Virus record (IMG/VR): IMGVR_UViG_3300027563_000599
Reading direction: 5' to 3' (one strand)
Length of the DNA stretch: 64,000 nucleotides
DNA from: an uncultured virus (IMG/VR IMGVR_UViG_3300027563_000599)
Lineage: Duplodnaviria; Heunggongvirae; Uroviricota; Caudoviricetes
A program made the position numbers and the translations under genes. The notes beneath the pieces are model-generated. The model had not been told where the DNA came from. It searched no databases and saw only the letters and a list, made by a program, of their open reading frames with translations. Below are positions 34,309 through 45,115 of this stretch, in pieces. Every line of letters starts with the position of its first letter. Positions within the stretch are counted from its first letter, which is position 1.

Positions 34309-35529
34309 ATGATTGATTACACAGCGTTTCCAGTCTACTTGGACTACAGTTCAACCACACCTATGGATCCACTAGTGGTAGATGCCATGATTCCTTACAT
34401 GCGTGAGCAATTTGGCAATCCTGCGTCACGCAGTCATGCCTACGGCTGGTCAGCTGAAGCCGCAGTAGAACAAGCCCGACAACATGTGGCTGACCTAGTG
34501 TCAGCAGACCCTAGAGAAATTGTGTGGACTAGTGGTGCTACCGAAAGCATTAATCTTGCCATCAAAGGTGCGGCCAAGTTTCGTAAGAGCCAAGGCCAAC
34601 ACATCATCACTGTGAAAACTGAACACAAGGCCACCTTGGATGCTTGCCGTGAACTAGAACGAGATGGCTGGCAAGTGACCTATCTTGATGTACAACCTAA
34701 TGGCCTAATTGATATGTCTCAATTGACATCAGCTATTCAGCCAGATACTGTGCTAATCAGTGTGATATATGTCAACAACGAAATTGGTGTAATACAAGAC
34801 ATTGAGGCCATTGGTGAACTATGCCGTAAGGAAAATATTGCGTTTCATGTGGACGCGGCACAGGCCACTGGTAAAGTAGAGATTGATCTACAACGACTCA
34901 AGGTTGACCTGATGAGTTTTTCAGCACACAAAACCTACGGTCCCAAAGGCATTGGTGCATTATATGTGCGCCGAAAACCCAGAATGAGAATCGAAGCACA
35001 GATACACGGTGGCGGTCATGAACGTGGCATGCGGTCAGGTACTCTAGCCACACACCAAATTGTGGGCATGGGTGAAGCATTTAGGCTGGCCAAGATACAT
35101 TTACAGGAAGAAACTGCCCGAGTGAGAACTCTGCGTGATCGACTGCTGGCAGGACTAGAAACCATTGAACAGGTGTTCATTAACGGTGACATGATTCAGC
35201 GTGTGCCACATAACCTTAATATCAGTTTCAACTATGTAGAAGGTGAAAGCATGATCATGGCTTTGAAACAGTTGGCAGTGAGTTCAGGTTCAGCCTGCAC
35301 AAGTGCCAGCCTTGAACCCAGTTATGTGTTACGAGCACTAGGTCGTAATGATGAGCTGGCGCATAGTAGCATACGATTTACTCTAGGACGCTACACTACA
35401 GAACAAGAAATAGACTTTGCTATTGAATTGATTCAACGTAAGATTGCTAGACTGAGAGAGCTAAGTCCACTGTGGGAAATGTACAAGGACGGCATTGATT
35501 TGGACACCATACAGTGGGCAAGCCATTGA
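34309..35529 (+). CDS. iscS: Cysteine desulfurase
   Basis: [34 protein letters not shown]. Confidence 0.96.
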   Translation: MIDYTAFPVYLDYSSTTPMDPLVVDAMIPYMREQFGNPASRSHAYGWSAEAAVEQARQHVADLVSADPREIVWTSGATESINLAIKGAAKFRKSQGQHIITVKTEHKATLDACRELERDGWQVTYLDVQPNGLIDMSQLTSAIQPDTVLISVIYVNNEIGVIQDIEAIGELCRKENIAFHVDAAQATGKVEIDLQRLKVDLMSFSAHKTYGPKGIGALYVRRKPRMRIEAQIHGGGHERGMRSGTLATHQIVGMGEAFRLAKIHLQEETARVRTLRDRLLAGLETIEQVFINGDMIQRVPHNLNISFNYVEGESMIMALKQLAVSSGSACTSASLEPSYVLRALGRNDELAHSSIRFTLGRYTTEQEIDFAIELIQRKIARLRELSPLWEMYKDGIDLDTIQWASH

Positions 35530-35544
35530 CAACGGAAAACAAAA

Positions 35545-36693
35545 ATGATAGATACAAGAATTAAAACAGTTTTGCACAATGAAAGTGTTAGACAACACAA
35601 TACCATTGAACTGATTGCCAGTGAAAACTACACCAGCCGAGCAGTGATGGATCTGTGTGGTAGTATACTCACAAACAAGTATGCCGAAGGGTTGCCCGGT
35701 AAACGCTACTACAATGGCTGTGCGAATGTGGATGAGATTGAAAATATTGCCATTGAATACGCTACTCAACTGTTTGGTTGTGCTTATGCCAATGTTCAAC
35801 CGCATTCAGGTGCCAATGCCAATCTAGCAGTGTTCAAGGCATTCCTCAAGCCTGGTGATGTAATTGTGGGTATGGATCTAGCATCAGGTGGACATTTGAG
35901 TCACGGTGCTAAAGTAAATGCTAGCGGTGCATGGTTTGACTCACACTCATATGGGGTAGATGCTGACGGATTTATTGACTACAACGCTGTGGCACAGTTG
36001 GTCTGGGACACTAGACCTGTGATGCTGATTGCTGGTGCCAGTGCTTACAGTCAAGTTATCAACTGGGCCAGGTTTCGAGAGATTGCTGATTCAGTGGGTG
36101 CATTATTATTGGCGGACATTGCCCACTATTCGGGCCTGATAGCAGGTGGAGAATATCCCAGCCCGTTTCCGCATGCTGATGTTGTGACTACCACAACACA
36201 CAAAGGTCTACGTGGACCCAGAGGTGGTATGATCATGTGGAACGATCCTGATCACTCTAAGAAAATTAACGGTGCAGTATTTCCCGGCACACAAGGTGGT
36301 CCACTCATGCATATCATTGCCGGCAAGGCACAGTGTTTCTACGAAGCACTACAGCCAGAGTTTAAGCAATATGCCCAACAGGTACGGATCAATGCTGACA
36401 CAATGGCCAAGACTTTTATGTTGTCCGGAGTTAATGTGGTCAGCGGCGGCACCGAATGTCATATGTTTACCATTGACTTGACCACTGAACAACTGAGCGG
36501 GCGTGAGTATGCTGACAGATTAGAACAGCACGGTATTACAGTAAATAAGAACGGTGTACCAGGAGAGACACGTAGCTTTGCTGAAACATCAGGTGTGCGT
36601 ATTGGAGTAGCTGCCGAAACAACTCGCGGACATGATCAAGTATGGTTTCATGAACTTGCTCTACGTATGATAGACATTTTAAGGAACGGATAA
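35545..36693 (+). CDS. glyA: Serine hydroxymethyltransferase
   Basis: LIASEN, NKYAEG, GGHLSHG, TTTTHKGLRGPRGG. Confidence 0.96.
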   Translation: MIDTRIKTVLHNESVRQHNTIELIASENYTSRAVMDLCGSILTNKYAEGLPGKRYYNGCANVDEIENIAIEYATQLFGCAYANVQPHSGANANLAVFKAFLKPGDVIVGMDLASGGHLSHGAKVNASGAWFDSHSYGVDADGFIDYNAVAQLVWDTRPVMLIAGASAYSQVINWARFREIADSVGALLLADIAHYSGLIAGGEYPSPFPHADVVTTTTHKGLRGPRGGMIMWNDPDHSKKINGAVFPGTQGGPLMHIIAGKAQCFYEALQPEFKQYAQQVRINADTMAKTFMLSGVNVVSGGTECHMFTIDLTTEQLSGREYADRLEQHGITVNKNGVPGETRSFAETSGVRIGVAAETTRGHDQVWFHELALRMIDILRNG

Positions 36694-37316
36694 TGTTAGA
36701 AACCATTTGCGATACATTAGTTGAAGCATATAAACGCAACTGGATTACCAGTCGTGATGGTAATGTGAGTATTCGTCATCACGACCGTGATCACTTTTAT
36801 ATCACACCTAGCGGTGTACGTAAGCAGACACTACAACCGGACCAGTTTAAGAAGATTGATGTATTAACACATTATGACTGGACTGAATTGCCTTATACTG
36901 ATATCAGTGCTAATCTCAATCCCAGTGGAGAAATTCCCTTACACTTTGGCTTACAACGAGAAATGGGGCAACACAGTGATGAAGTAAGAGTAGTAGTTCA
37001 TCTACATCCCACTTATTGCATTGCCGCCATGCATGCCGGAATTGACCTAAGCACTATTAGTGCAGCGTTTCCAGAACTCAACCGTTATACCAAGGTAGCA
37101 CCCAACGTAGGGGATGTGCCTCCTATCAGTCAAGAGCTTGCCAACCGCTGTCATGAGAATTTAGGTTTGGATGAAGATGGCAATATTGATTACGACATTG
37201 TGGGTATCAAAGGACATGGTGTTGTAGCCATTGATACCAGCCCGTGGCGGGCTTTTGAACACATTGAACGATTGGAACATATTTGTCAAATTGTTCTAGC
37301 ATCAGGGAGATATTAA
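36693..37316 (+). CDS. Class II aldolase/adducin family protein
   Basis: DGNVS, ITPSG, PSGE..LH, HLHP, GHG. Confidence 0.85.
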   Translation: MLETICDTLVEAYKRNWITSRDGNVSIRHHDRDHFYITPSGVRKQTLQPDQFKKIDVLTHYDWTELPYTDISANLNPSGEIPLHFGLQREMGQHSDEVRVVVHLHPTYCIAAMHAGIDLSTISAAFPELNRYTKVAPNVGDVPPISQELANRCHENLGLDEDGNIDYDIVGIKGHGVVAIDTSPWRAFEHIERLEHICQIVLASGRY

Positions 37317-37317
37317 A

Positions 37318-37953
37318 ATGAGTTACATTGTAGGATCTCTGCCGCCGATCAAATGTTTTGTCAAACGAGAGTTTCTCTACAACTTTGAAAAGGGACACGG
37401 AGAACTTGAACCTGCTATCTGGGTCAGTCTCAAAGCACTACGTGGACAGGTGTTTCGTATTGAAAGTCTGTTGCCCAATTACGGTGCATTGTATGACAAA
37501 CTGCCTATACATGCCTATGTGTGGAAAGAGGACCATAGCAATTGTTTACCAATTGATACCCTACAGCTTTGGGACTGCATGGGTTATCGTTTTACCATTG
37601 TTGAGAAAATAGGTCTACGCAATCTTGGCGTTAAGTTCTTAGGCAAAGATCGAGAATGGCACCACGGGACCTATTTGTTCACTGTGGATTTTTGTGCAGA
37701 TGGCATGGATGTGGACACAGGCTTTACTGAAGTAGCGGAAGAACACAAGAGCTTCAACTTTATCCGTTTGGAAAATGGGCAGTTTGCTTGCCAGCCCAAC
37801 AACAGATGTTTATGGTATGATCAAAGTTTAATCTCAGGTGTGACGAAATTCCCGGACTTTGTCGCGGCACAGACCATATACACAGTGGACGGTACACGCA
37901 AGTGGACCGCAGGAGATGATTGGTTTTATAACATAGAGGAAAGAAAAGAATGA
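37318..37953 (+). CDS. Hypothetical phage protein
   Basis: YGALYDKLP, EHK, QPNNR. Confidence 0.7.
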   Translation: MSYIVGSLPPIKCFVKREFLYNFEKGHGELEPAIWVSLKALRGQVFRIESLLPNYGALYDKLPIHAYVWKEDHSNCLPIDTLQLWDCMGYRFTIVEKIGLRNLGVKFLGKDREWHHGTYLFTVDFCADGMDVDTGFTEVAEEHKSFNFIRLENGQFACQPNNRCLWYDQSLISGVTKFPDFVAAQTIYTVDGTRKWTAGDDWFYNIEERKE

Positions 37954-38456
37954 GTTTTAACGAAACAATCAAAGGCGCTTTGCCAGACTATGCCAAAGAT
38001 ACACGACTGAATCTGGATGCAGTACTGCTTCGTAGCACATTGGATGCCGACGTAGCCATGGGCTGTGCAGTGGCTGCCATGGCTGCAACCGGCAACGGCA
38101 AGGTACTGGCTGTGTTGTTGGCAGATGCACCTGTTCACGCAGATGCCGCTATGACGGCCGCCAGCATTATGGCACAGAACAATGTATGGTATCCTTACGT
38201 TGAAATGGCCGACGACGAACAGTTGAAAGGCTTGCCAGCACAGTTGCGCATGAATGCAATCGCCAGTCACGGTGGAACTTCCAAATCAAACTTTGAAGCA
38301 TTTAGTTTGGCCGCAAGCATTGTGGGCAAATGTCACTTCTGTGTAAAAGCACATTACGAAACATTGAAACAAGAAGGCTACACAGTGGAACAACTTCGTG
38401 ACATTGGCCGCATTGCCGCAGTAATGAATTCAGTGGCCAAAGTGCTGAACAGTTGA
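37950..38456 (+). CDS. ahpD: Alkyl hydroperoxide reductase D
   Basis: LPDYAKD.RLNL, MAQNN, CHFC..H. Confidence 0.9.
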   Translation: MSFNETIKGALPDYAKDTRLNLDAVLLRSTLDADVAMGCAVAAMAATGNGKVLAVLLADAPVHADAAMTAASIMAQNNVWYPYVEMADDEQLKGLPAQLRMNAIASHGGTSKSNFEAFSLAASIVGKCHFCVKAHYETLKQEGYTVEQLRDIGRIAAVMNSVAKVLNS

Positions 38457-38848
38457 TGAAACGCATTGTAGTCAACGGTACATTTGATATCCTACACTCG
38501 GGGCATTTGGCTTTGCTGAATTATGCCCGGAGTTTGGGAGACTATCTTGTGGTTGCTATAGATTCAGACCGACGTGTAAAAGAATTAAAGGGCCAGGCTC
38601 GTCCTGTAAATACACAAGCAGAACGAGCAGAACTTCTAAGCAATCTTCGAGCAGTAGACCAGGTCAGCATATTTGATTCTGACCAAGAACTGATTGATAT
38701 TGTTGCAGGATGTGCTGTAATGGTCAAAGGGTCTGACTATCGCGGTCGTGCCATTGTTGGTGATCAGGTGATACCAGAAATAATATTTTTTGAAAGAATA
38801 CATGGATTCTCAACCACAGAAAAAATTCAAGATATTACTAGTAGGTGA
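38456..38848 (+). CDS. Heptose-phosphate adenylyltransferase-like (RfaE domain II)
   Basis: NGTFDILHSGH, KG..RP, KGSDY, STT. Confidence 0.85.
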   Translation: MKRIVVNGTFDILHSGHLALLNYARSLGDYLVVAIDSDRRVKELKGQARPVNTQAERAELLSNLRAVDQVSIFDSDQELIDIVAGCAVMVKGSDYRGRAIVGDQVIPEIIFFERIHGFSTTEKIQDITSR

Positions 38849-39551
38849 TAACTGCAAAGACATTTACCAATACGGTACAATAGATAGACTAAGTCCTGAA
38901 GCTCCAGTTCCTGTATTTGTTCCCACTCGCACTGAAACTCGTGACGGCATGGCCGGCAATGTGTTTAATAATCTAATGGCACTGGGATGTGATGCGAACT
39001 ATCTACATGGCGAAACATCAACAAAAACAAGACTAATCGATACACGTAGCAAACAGCAAATTGTCCGTATAGACAACGATATCAAATCAACTCCTATTAC
39101 ATTTGAAACAGCTATACCCGATGTGTATGATGCTGTTGTAGTCAGCGATTACAATAAAGGAACAGTTAGCTACGAACTGATTGAAGAACTGATTGAATTA
39201 AGTATTCCAATTTTTATAGATACCAAGAAAGCAGACTTGGGACGTATGCAAGGTGCATGGGTAAAGATCAATGATTTAGAATACAGCAAGATTACTAGCG
39301 AATGTTCCGGATTAATTGTTACGCATGGTGCCAATGGTGCAAGTGTAATACATCATGATATCACCTGCTCTGCCCCTACTGTAGAAGTGAGTGATGTCAC
39401 TGGTGCTGGCGATACTTTTCTTGCCGCCCTAGCATACAAGTATTTGATAACAGCAGATATCAAACTGTCTGTAGAGTTTGCAACTCGTGCAGCGTCAATT
39501 ACAGTACAGCATTTGGGTGTATATGCACCACGTTTAGAGGAAATTAAATGA
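38802..39551 (+). CDS. Heptose-7-phosphate kinase-like (RfaE domain I, PfkB)
   Basis: RLSPEAPVPV, SDYNKG, DVTGAGDT. Confidence 0.85.
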   Translation: MDSQPQKKFKILLVGDNCKDIYQYGTIDRLSPEAPVPVFVPTRTETRDGMAGNVFNNLMALGCDANYLHGETSTKTRLIDTRSKQQIVRIDNDIKSTPITFETAIPDVYDAVVVSDYNKGTVSYELIEELIELSIPIFIDTKKADLGRMQGAWVKINDLEYSKITSECSGLIVTHGANGASVIHHDITCSAPTVEVSDVTGAGDTFLAALAYKYLITADIKLSVEFATRAASITVQHLGVYAPRLEEIK

Positions 39552-39907
39552 CACGATTACATGGTCAAGTAACCAAAGGATGGGGCTCCGAAGAAATCTG
39601 GGCATCCAATGACAAATACTGTGGCAAGTTGATGCACTTCAACACTGGTGCAAAATTTAGCATGCACTTTCATGCAGAAAAAGACGAGTCTTGGTATGTG
39701 CTCAGTGGCAAGTTCAGTGTGTACTACATTGACACCGATGATGCAAGTGTGCATGTGGCAGAATTAAATCCCGAAGACACATGGCATAACCGACCATTGC
39801 TGCCGCATCAATTGGTTTGTGTGGAAGCAGGTACCATTATAGAAGTTAGTACCCCGGACAGTGTAGAAGACAACTATCGTGTGGGCAAGGGCGACAGTCA
39901 AAAATGA
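39548..39907 (+). CDS. Cupin domain protein
   Basis: KGWG, SMHFH..K.E, PHQL, EVST. Confidence 0.8.
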   Translation: MTRLHGQVTKGWGSEEIWASNDKYCGKLMHFNTGAKFSMHFHAEKDESWYVLSGKFSVYYIDTDDASVHVAELNPEDTWHNRPLLPHQLVCVEAGTIIEVSTPDSVEDNYRVGKGDSQK

Positions 39908-40218
39908 AATATCTGGTGGATATCGACGGCACAATCTGCACCAACACATTTGGTGATTATCAAAATGCACAACCGTTTGTGGACAGGATTGAGCACTTTA
40001 ACAACCTGTTTGATCAAGGTTATGAAATACATTATTGGACAGCAAGAGGCGGCAATTCTGGTGTTGACTGGACCCTACTCACCAAGCAACAATTTGCCAA
40101 TTGGCAAGTAAAATACACAACATTAAAATTGGGCAAGCCCACATACGACATCTGGATTGATGACAAAGCTGTAAACAGCGAGGTATACTACAATGAAAAT
40201 ATTATTAACAGGACATAA
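39904..40218 (+). CDS. HAD-like phosphatase
   Basis: DIDGT, TAR, KP, DD. Confidence 0.75.
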   Translation: MKYLVDIDGTICTNTFGDYQNAQPFVDRIEHFNNLFDQGYEIHYWTARGGNSGVDWTLLTKQQFANWQVKYTTLKLGKPTYDIWIDDKAVNSEVYYNENIINRT

Positions 40219-40966
40219 AGGCTTTATTGGCAGCCACATACTAACAGCATTGGAGGCGTACGAGCATGATGTTTCTGTGTATGAATGGGGCGAGCAGTTG
40301 CCGTCGATAATGGAACAGGACTGGGTCATCCACTGTGGTGCCATCAGTAGCACAACTGAGCGTGACTTGGATAAGATCATGCGTCAGAACGTGGACTTCA
40401 CTAGACAGTTGTTCGACGCTTGCAAAACATACGGAGTCAACATGCAGTATTCCAGCAGTGCTAGTTTATATGGTATGGGCACTGACTTTAGTGAAACTGC
40501 ACCATTAGATCCACGCACTCCGTATGCCTGGAGCAAGTATCTGTGTGAATACTATCATAGACAACATCAGGGTGGTAACACAGTGCAAGGGTTTCGTTAT
40601 TTCAATGTGTACGGGCCCGAAGGCGAAGAACACAAAGGCAAGCAGGCCAGTCCATACGCACAGTTTAAACGTCAAGCAGAAGAAACTGGCCGAATTCGAG
40701 TGTTTGAAGGCAGCGATAAATTCCTACGTGACTTTGTTCCAGTGAGCCAGATTGTGGACACTCATTTAAAATTCTTGAATGTGAAAGAAAGCGGCATTTG
40801 GAATGTGGGCACAGGTCAGCCTAGAAGTTTCATGGCAGTGGCAGAAGAATTTGGTGTTCCTATTGACACTATTCCCATGCCCGATATTCTTCGAGACTCC
40901 TATCAACAATACACCTGTGCTGATATGACCAAAACCCAACAAACTCTAAAAATTACCCAAAAATAA
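40193..40966 (+). CDS. hldD: ADP-L-glycero-D-manno-heptose 6-epimerase-like
   Basis: GFIGS, GAISSTTE, YAWSK, FRYFNVYGP..HKG, YQ.YT.AD. Confidence 0.78.
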   Translation: MKILLTGHKGFIGSHILTALEAYEHDVSVYEWGEQLPSIMEQDWVIHCGAISSTTERDLDKIMRQNVDFTRQLFDACKTYGVNMQYSSSASLYGMGTDFSETAPLDPRTPYAWSKYLCEYYHRQHQGGNTVQGFRYFNVYGPEGEEHKGKQASPYAQFKRQAEETGRIRVFEGSDKFLRDFVPVSQIVDTHLKFLNVKESGIWNVGTGQPRSFMAVAEEFGVPIDTIPMPDILRDSYQQYTCADMTKTQQTLKITQK

Positions 40967-41076
40967 TTGTGGCCATCTGCTTGACAACAAAATCAACTTG
41001 TAGTACAATTGACTTATGATTATTGGTATTAGACAAAATTCCGGTACTAAATAATCTATTGTTCAAAGCACAAATT

Positions 41077-41152
41077 GGGTCGTTAACTCAGTTGGTAGAG
41101 TTCCTGCCTTACACGCAGGCTGTCGGCGGTTCGAGCCCGTCACGACCCACCA
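41077..41152 (+). tRNA. tRNA-Val(TAC)
   Basis: Loop CTTACAC, ACCA. Confidence 0.93.
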
Positions 41153-41161
41153 AGAATTTAT

Positions 41162-41235
41162 GCGGGATTAGTTTAATGGCAAAACAGCAGATTTCCAATC
41201 TTCGGTCAAGAGTTCGATTCTCTTATCCCGCTCCA
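41162..41235 (+). tRNA. tRNA-Gly(TCC)
   Basis: Loop TTTCCAA, TCCA. Confidence 0.88.
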
Positions 41236-41259
41236 GTTTTAATGCGTTAAGAAACCAAT

Positions 41260-41466
41260 ATGCAAATATCAAGAGCTGAACAAAGTGTTATAAGATATAA
41301 CCTAGAGCAATATCGCAATCAACAGATACGATTAGAAAAAAATCGAGCCGAAGATTATAGTAAGGTCATTGAGAAACGCAGAGTAGAGCAAATCATAGCA
41401 GATCGAGTGCGTCGAAATCTTCGGTTAGATTTAGACAAAGGTCGACATATTGACATAGAATGTTAA
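41260..41466 (+). CDS. Hypothetical protein
   Basis: Clean ORF ending [10 protein letters not shown]. Confidence 0.6.
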   Translation: MQISRAEQSVIRYNLEQYRNQQIRLEKNRAEDYSKVIEKRRVEQIIADRVRRNLRLDLDKGRHIDIEC

Positions 41467-41473
41467 GGAAACC

Positions 41474-42760
41474 ATGGATTACAAAGTAAAAGATATCAGC
41501 CTGGCTGGTTGGGGTCGTAAAGAAATTGCAATTGCCGAACACGAGATGCCGGGCCTGATGGCCATTCGTCGCGAATACGCAGGACAAAAACCATTAGCAG
41601 GCGCACGTATTGTGGGCAGTCTGCACATGACCATTCAAACGGCTGTGCTGGTTGAAACCTTGATTGAACTAGGTGCCACAGTGCGCTGGAGTAGTTGCAA
41701 CATTTTTTCAACACAAGACCAAGCCGCGGCTGCTTTGGCTGCACGAGGCATTCCTGTTTTTGCTTGGAAGGGCGAAACCGAAGAGGAATACTGGTGGTGC
41801 ATCGAGCAGACTGTGCGCAGTGCCGATGGTTGGACTCCCAACATGATTTTAGATGATGGTCATGACTTGACAGGTTATATCCATGATCGTCATCCAGATC
41901 TCATCCCTGGCATCAAAGGAGTCACAGAAGAAACCACCACAGGCATTCACAAGTTGTTGGAACGCATTGCGGCTGGTACCCTGCGGATGCCGGCCATCAA
42001 CGTAAATGATTCGGTAACCAAGACCAAGTTTGATAACCTTTATGGTTGCAGAGAGAGTTTGGTAGATGCTATCAAACGTGCCACTGACGTTATGATTGCT
42101 GGCAAGGTTGCAGTGGTGGCCGGCTACGGAGATGTGGGCAAGGGATCCGCACAGGCCTTGCGAGCACTGAGTGCGCAGGTTTGGGTTACCGAAGCGGATC
42201 CTATCTGTGCGCTACAAGCTGCCATGGAAGGCTTCCGTGTGGTCACCATGGAGTATGCCGCAGACAAGGCTGACATCTTTGTCACTGCTACCGGAAACGT
42301 TGACATTATCACACGCCAGCACATGAATGCGATGAAGAACAATGCCATTGTATGTAACATTGGTCACTTTGATACAGAGATTGATGTTGCTGGTATTCGT
42401 GACTGTGTATGGGAAAACATTAAGCCACAAGTGGACCATGTGATTTTCCCCAGTGGCAAACGCATCATCCTGTTGGCCGAAGGACGCTTGGTCAATCTCG
42501 GCTGCGGCACCGGACATCCTAGTTTTGTAATGAGCAACAGTTTTACCAACCAGGTGATGGCACAGATTGAACTGTATAACAACACTGACCATTACCAAGC
42601 AGGCCAGCTGTATCTGTTGCCCAAACACTTGGATGAAAAAGTTGCACGACTGCACCTGGAACAGATCGGCGCAGAACTCACTACAATGACTGAAAAACAG
42701 GCCGCCTACATTGGCGTCACTGTTGCAGGTCCTTTCAAGCCGGAAACCTATAGATACTAA
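41474..42760 (+). CDS. ahcY: S-adenosylhomocysteine hydrolase
   Basis: [38 protein letters not shown]. Confidence 0.97.
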   Translation: MDYKVKDISLAGWGRKEIAIAEHEMPGLMAIRREYAGQKPLAGARIVGSLHMTIQTAVLVETLIELGATVRWSSCNIFSTQDQAAAALAARGIPVFAWKGETEEEYWWCIEQTVRSADGWTPNMILDDGHDLTGYIHDRHPDLIPGIKGVTEETTTGIHKLLERIAAGTLRMPAINVNDSVTKTKFDNLYGCRESLVDAIKRATDVMIAGKVAVVAGYGDVGKGSAQALRALSAQVWVTEADPICALQAAMEGFRVVTMEYAADKADIFVTATGNVDIITRQHMNAMKNNAIVCNIGHFDTEIDVAGIRDCVWENIKPQVDHVIFPSGKRIILLAEGRLVNLGCGTGHPSFVMSNSFTNQVMAQIELYNNTDHYQAGQLYLLPKHLDEKVARLHLEQIGAELTTMTEKQAAYIGVTVAGPFKPETYRY

Positions 42761-42816
42761 ATGGTTGACCAAATTCTCCATTTATGCTATAATACTTGAT
42801 TAGATGGAGAATTGCT

Positions 42817-43284
42817 ATGCCTTGGATTGAAAACGTAGCAGCCGCAGACATCTCTACCGGATTTCATCATGCGGCTGGCGAAAACAGCATGCTGATCCAG
42901 ATCATGGATCCTGCTTCTTCTTGGTGGCCCGAGCCGGTTCGTCCGTTTAAAGAAACGCATCGATTTGAATTCTTGGATGCCGAGCGTGACGATAACTTTG
43001 CTGACGACGCAAAAATCACCCCTGCACAGGCCGAGGAAATTGTAGCACTGCTCCAGCATGCTTTGGCTCAGCGTATGAATGTGGTTGTTCATTGCATGGC
43101 CGGTATCTGTAGATCGGGTGCAGTGTGCGAAGTCGGAGTGATGATGGGCTTTGATGACTGTGAGCGGTTCCGTAGTCCCAACTTATTGGTCAAACACAGC
43201 CTGATGCGGGCACTGGGCTGGACCTATGACGCAGATGAAAAGCCAAACATCGACGATTGGCAAACTTTTAAACCTATTTTATAA
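42817..43284 (+). CDS. Protein-tyrosine/dual-specificity phosphatase-like protein
   Basis: HCMAGICRS (CX5R). Confidence 0.75.
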   Translation: MPWIENVAAADISTGFHHAAGENSMLIQIMDPASSWWPEPVRPFKETHRFEFLDAERDDNFADDAKITPAQAEEIVALLQHALAQRMNVVVHCMAGICRSGAVCEVGVMMGFDDCERFRSPNLLVKHSLMRALGWTYDADEKPNIDDWQTFKPIL

Positions 43285-43298
43285 GAAAGGAGCAAGAT

Positions 43299-43904
43299 AT
43301 GCCTAGTGTATTTTTAGTTAGCGACACGCACTTTGGTCACACTGGTGTCTGTCGCTTCACACGTAACGACGGTGTTACAAAACTTCGCCCATGGGACAGT
43401 CCCGAGGAAATGGACGAAGCCATGATCAAGGCATGGAACGAACGGGTGAAGCCTACTGACAAGGTGTACCATTTGGGTGATGTTGTGATCAACCGCAAAG
43501 CGTTGAGGACCTTGCATCGTTTGAACGGTGACAAGGTCTTGATTCGCGGTAACCACGACATCTTTCCAGATAACGAGTACCGCACTTACTTCCGAGAGTT
43601 ACGTGCCTACCATGTGATGAATGGGATGATCTTGAGTCACATTCCGTTACACTCAGAATCGTTGGGACGTTTTGGTACCAACATTCACGGACACTTGCAT
43701 GCAAACCGCGTGAAGCGGGCTCGTGGAGTAGATGCCAAGACTGGTGAAATCTTGTACAGCGACGAGATTGACCCACGTTACCATTGTGTCTGTGTGGAAC
43801 AGACTCCGGACTTTGCTCCGATCTTGTTTGAAGACGTTATCAAACGCATCGAAGCAGAAGGTGGCAGTGTAGGGTTTAAAAACGGCAACGGACCTACAAT
43901 GTAA
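43299..43904 (+). CDS. Calcineurin-like phosphoesterase
   Basis: SDTHFGH, LGD, GNHD, HGHLH. Confidence 0.88.
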   Translation: MPSVFLVSDTHFGHTGVCRFTRNDGVTKLRPWDSPEEMDEAMIKAWNERVKPTDKVYHLGDVVINRKALRTLHRLNGDKVLIRGNHDIFPDNEYRTYFRELRAYHVMNGMILSHIPLHSESLGRFGTNIHGHLHANRVKRARGVDAKTGEILYSDEIDPRYHCVCVEQTPDFAPILFEDVIKRIEAEGGSVGFKNGNGPTM

Positions 43905-43925
43905 AAACTAATACTCAAGTACTAC

Positions 43926-43957
43926 AAAAGCCCTACTAACACTAGGGCTTTTTTTTG
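43926..43957 (+). terminator. Intrinsic terminator
   Basis: AAAAGCCCTA/TAGGGCTTTT stem with T-run. Confidence 0.75.
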
Positions 43958-43993
43958 ATTGACCAATAATTCCCATTTTGCTATAATAATAAC

Positions 43994-44230
43994 ATGAAGA
44001 AATTAGATACAAACGAAATTTTGCAGTGGGCAGGTGCCGTGTTTATTGTAGCAGGGCATAGCCTCAATGCAGTAGGGCCAACAGCCCATCCTTACAACAT
44101 TCTTACATTTTTTATTGGGACTATTTTGTTCCTGATCTGGACTGTGCGTGTTGCAAATAAACCACAGATGTTTGTGAACCTTGTCAGTGTGGCAATTGGG
44201 CTTTTGGGACTTGTAAAAGCCTTAGGTTGA
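43994..44230 (+). CDS. Small membrane protein (probably leaderless mRNA)
   Basis: ATG 6 nt after the -10 box; hydrophobic. Confidence 0.6.
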   Translation: MKKLDTNEILQWAGAVFIVAGHSLNAVGPTAHPYNILTFFIGTILFLIWTVRVANKPQMFVNLVSVAIGLLGLVKALG

Positions 44231-44285
44231 CCGAATATTCCCATTTTGCTATAATACTTGTATAGAAACTAAAAAGGAGCCAGAG

Positions 44286-44537
44286 ATGAACAAGATCACA
44301 GTGACCATCGAATTCTCGGAAAAAGAACTGCAGGCAGTATTTGAAAATCTGCCAGGCGTTGAAATCGTTGACGCTCGCAAGATGCAAAAGATCATGCAGA
44401 GTAAGAAATTTGCCCGGGCATTGGCCCACGACGTCAAAGAGGCATACATTCAAACCTGGCGTGAAAAACCTGAGTGGGAAGTCTTGGAACAACTGGGCTT
44501 GACCGTGGCGATGGAAGATACCACACAATACAGTTGA
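44286..44537 (+). CDS. Hypothetical protein
   Basis: AAGGAG SD, own promoter. Confidence 0.7.
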   Translation: MNKITVTIEFSEKELQAVFENLPGVEIVDARKMQKIMQSKKFARALAHDVKEAYIQTWREKPEWEVLEQLGLTVAMEDTTQYS

Positions 44538-44604
44538 CATTTTGGTTGACCGAATATTGCCCTTTTGCTATAATATAGCATAGTTTAACAAAAAGGAGTT
44601 CAAA

Positions 44605-44895
44605 ATGGGTTTAAGATACGATACATTAGGCGAAATAATTACTCAAAACGAGCAAGAAAAGCGTGAAGTCCGCATGTACGGTGTGACCGAGGCTGGCATG
44701 CGTGAAGCAGTAGAATCGTCGATCACTTTCAAATTCAGTGGCCCCGCAATGGTTGTAGCCGGCATGATGAGTGACGCACAAGAAATGATGGCCTACGAAC
44801 AACCGGACTTCAACACCATCGAAGATCAGCGCCAACTGCTGAACCGTGCCAAATTTGTCTTGTTTACCTACATCATGGACAAGCAAAACGGTTAA
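44605..44895 (+). CDS. Hypothetical protein
   Basis: AAGGAG SD, own promoter. Confidence 0.7.
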   Translation: MGLRYDTLGEIITQNEQEKREVRMYGVTEAGMREAVESSITFKFSGPAMVVAGMMSDAQEMMAYEQPDFNTIEDQRQLLNRAKFVLFTYIMDKQNG

Positions 44896-44908
44896 TCAAG
44901 GACCTGTG

Positions 44909-45115
44909 ATGAACCAAGACTACACCATGTACATCTACAAACGAGATCGTCGTTGCAAAACAGGCGAACGACTGTTTTCAACCACAGTTTGGCGCGATCG
45001 CTCGGATGCTGGCATACGACGTGAATGCAATGAACTATACGATCTTTACCCGGCCACACAGGGCTGGAGGTTTGAGTGCCATCCGCACATGATGCCTGCT
45101 TTGGCAACACACTGA
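44909..45115 (+). CDS. Hypothetical protein
   Basis: AAGGA SD; YIYKRDRRCKTGER. Confidence 0.6.
   Translation: MNQDYTMYIYKRDRRCKTGERLFSTTVWRDRSDAGIRRECNELYDLYPATQGWRFECHPHMMPALATH

Larger units (their letters stand above)
43959..44574 (+). promoter_or_regulatory. Three near-identical strong sigma70 (early-type) promoters
   Basis: TTGACC-N17-TATAAT with TG at 43959, 44227, 44546; related copies at 42765, 45127, 49761. Confidence 0.8.
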
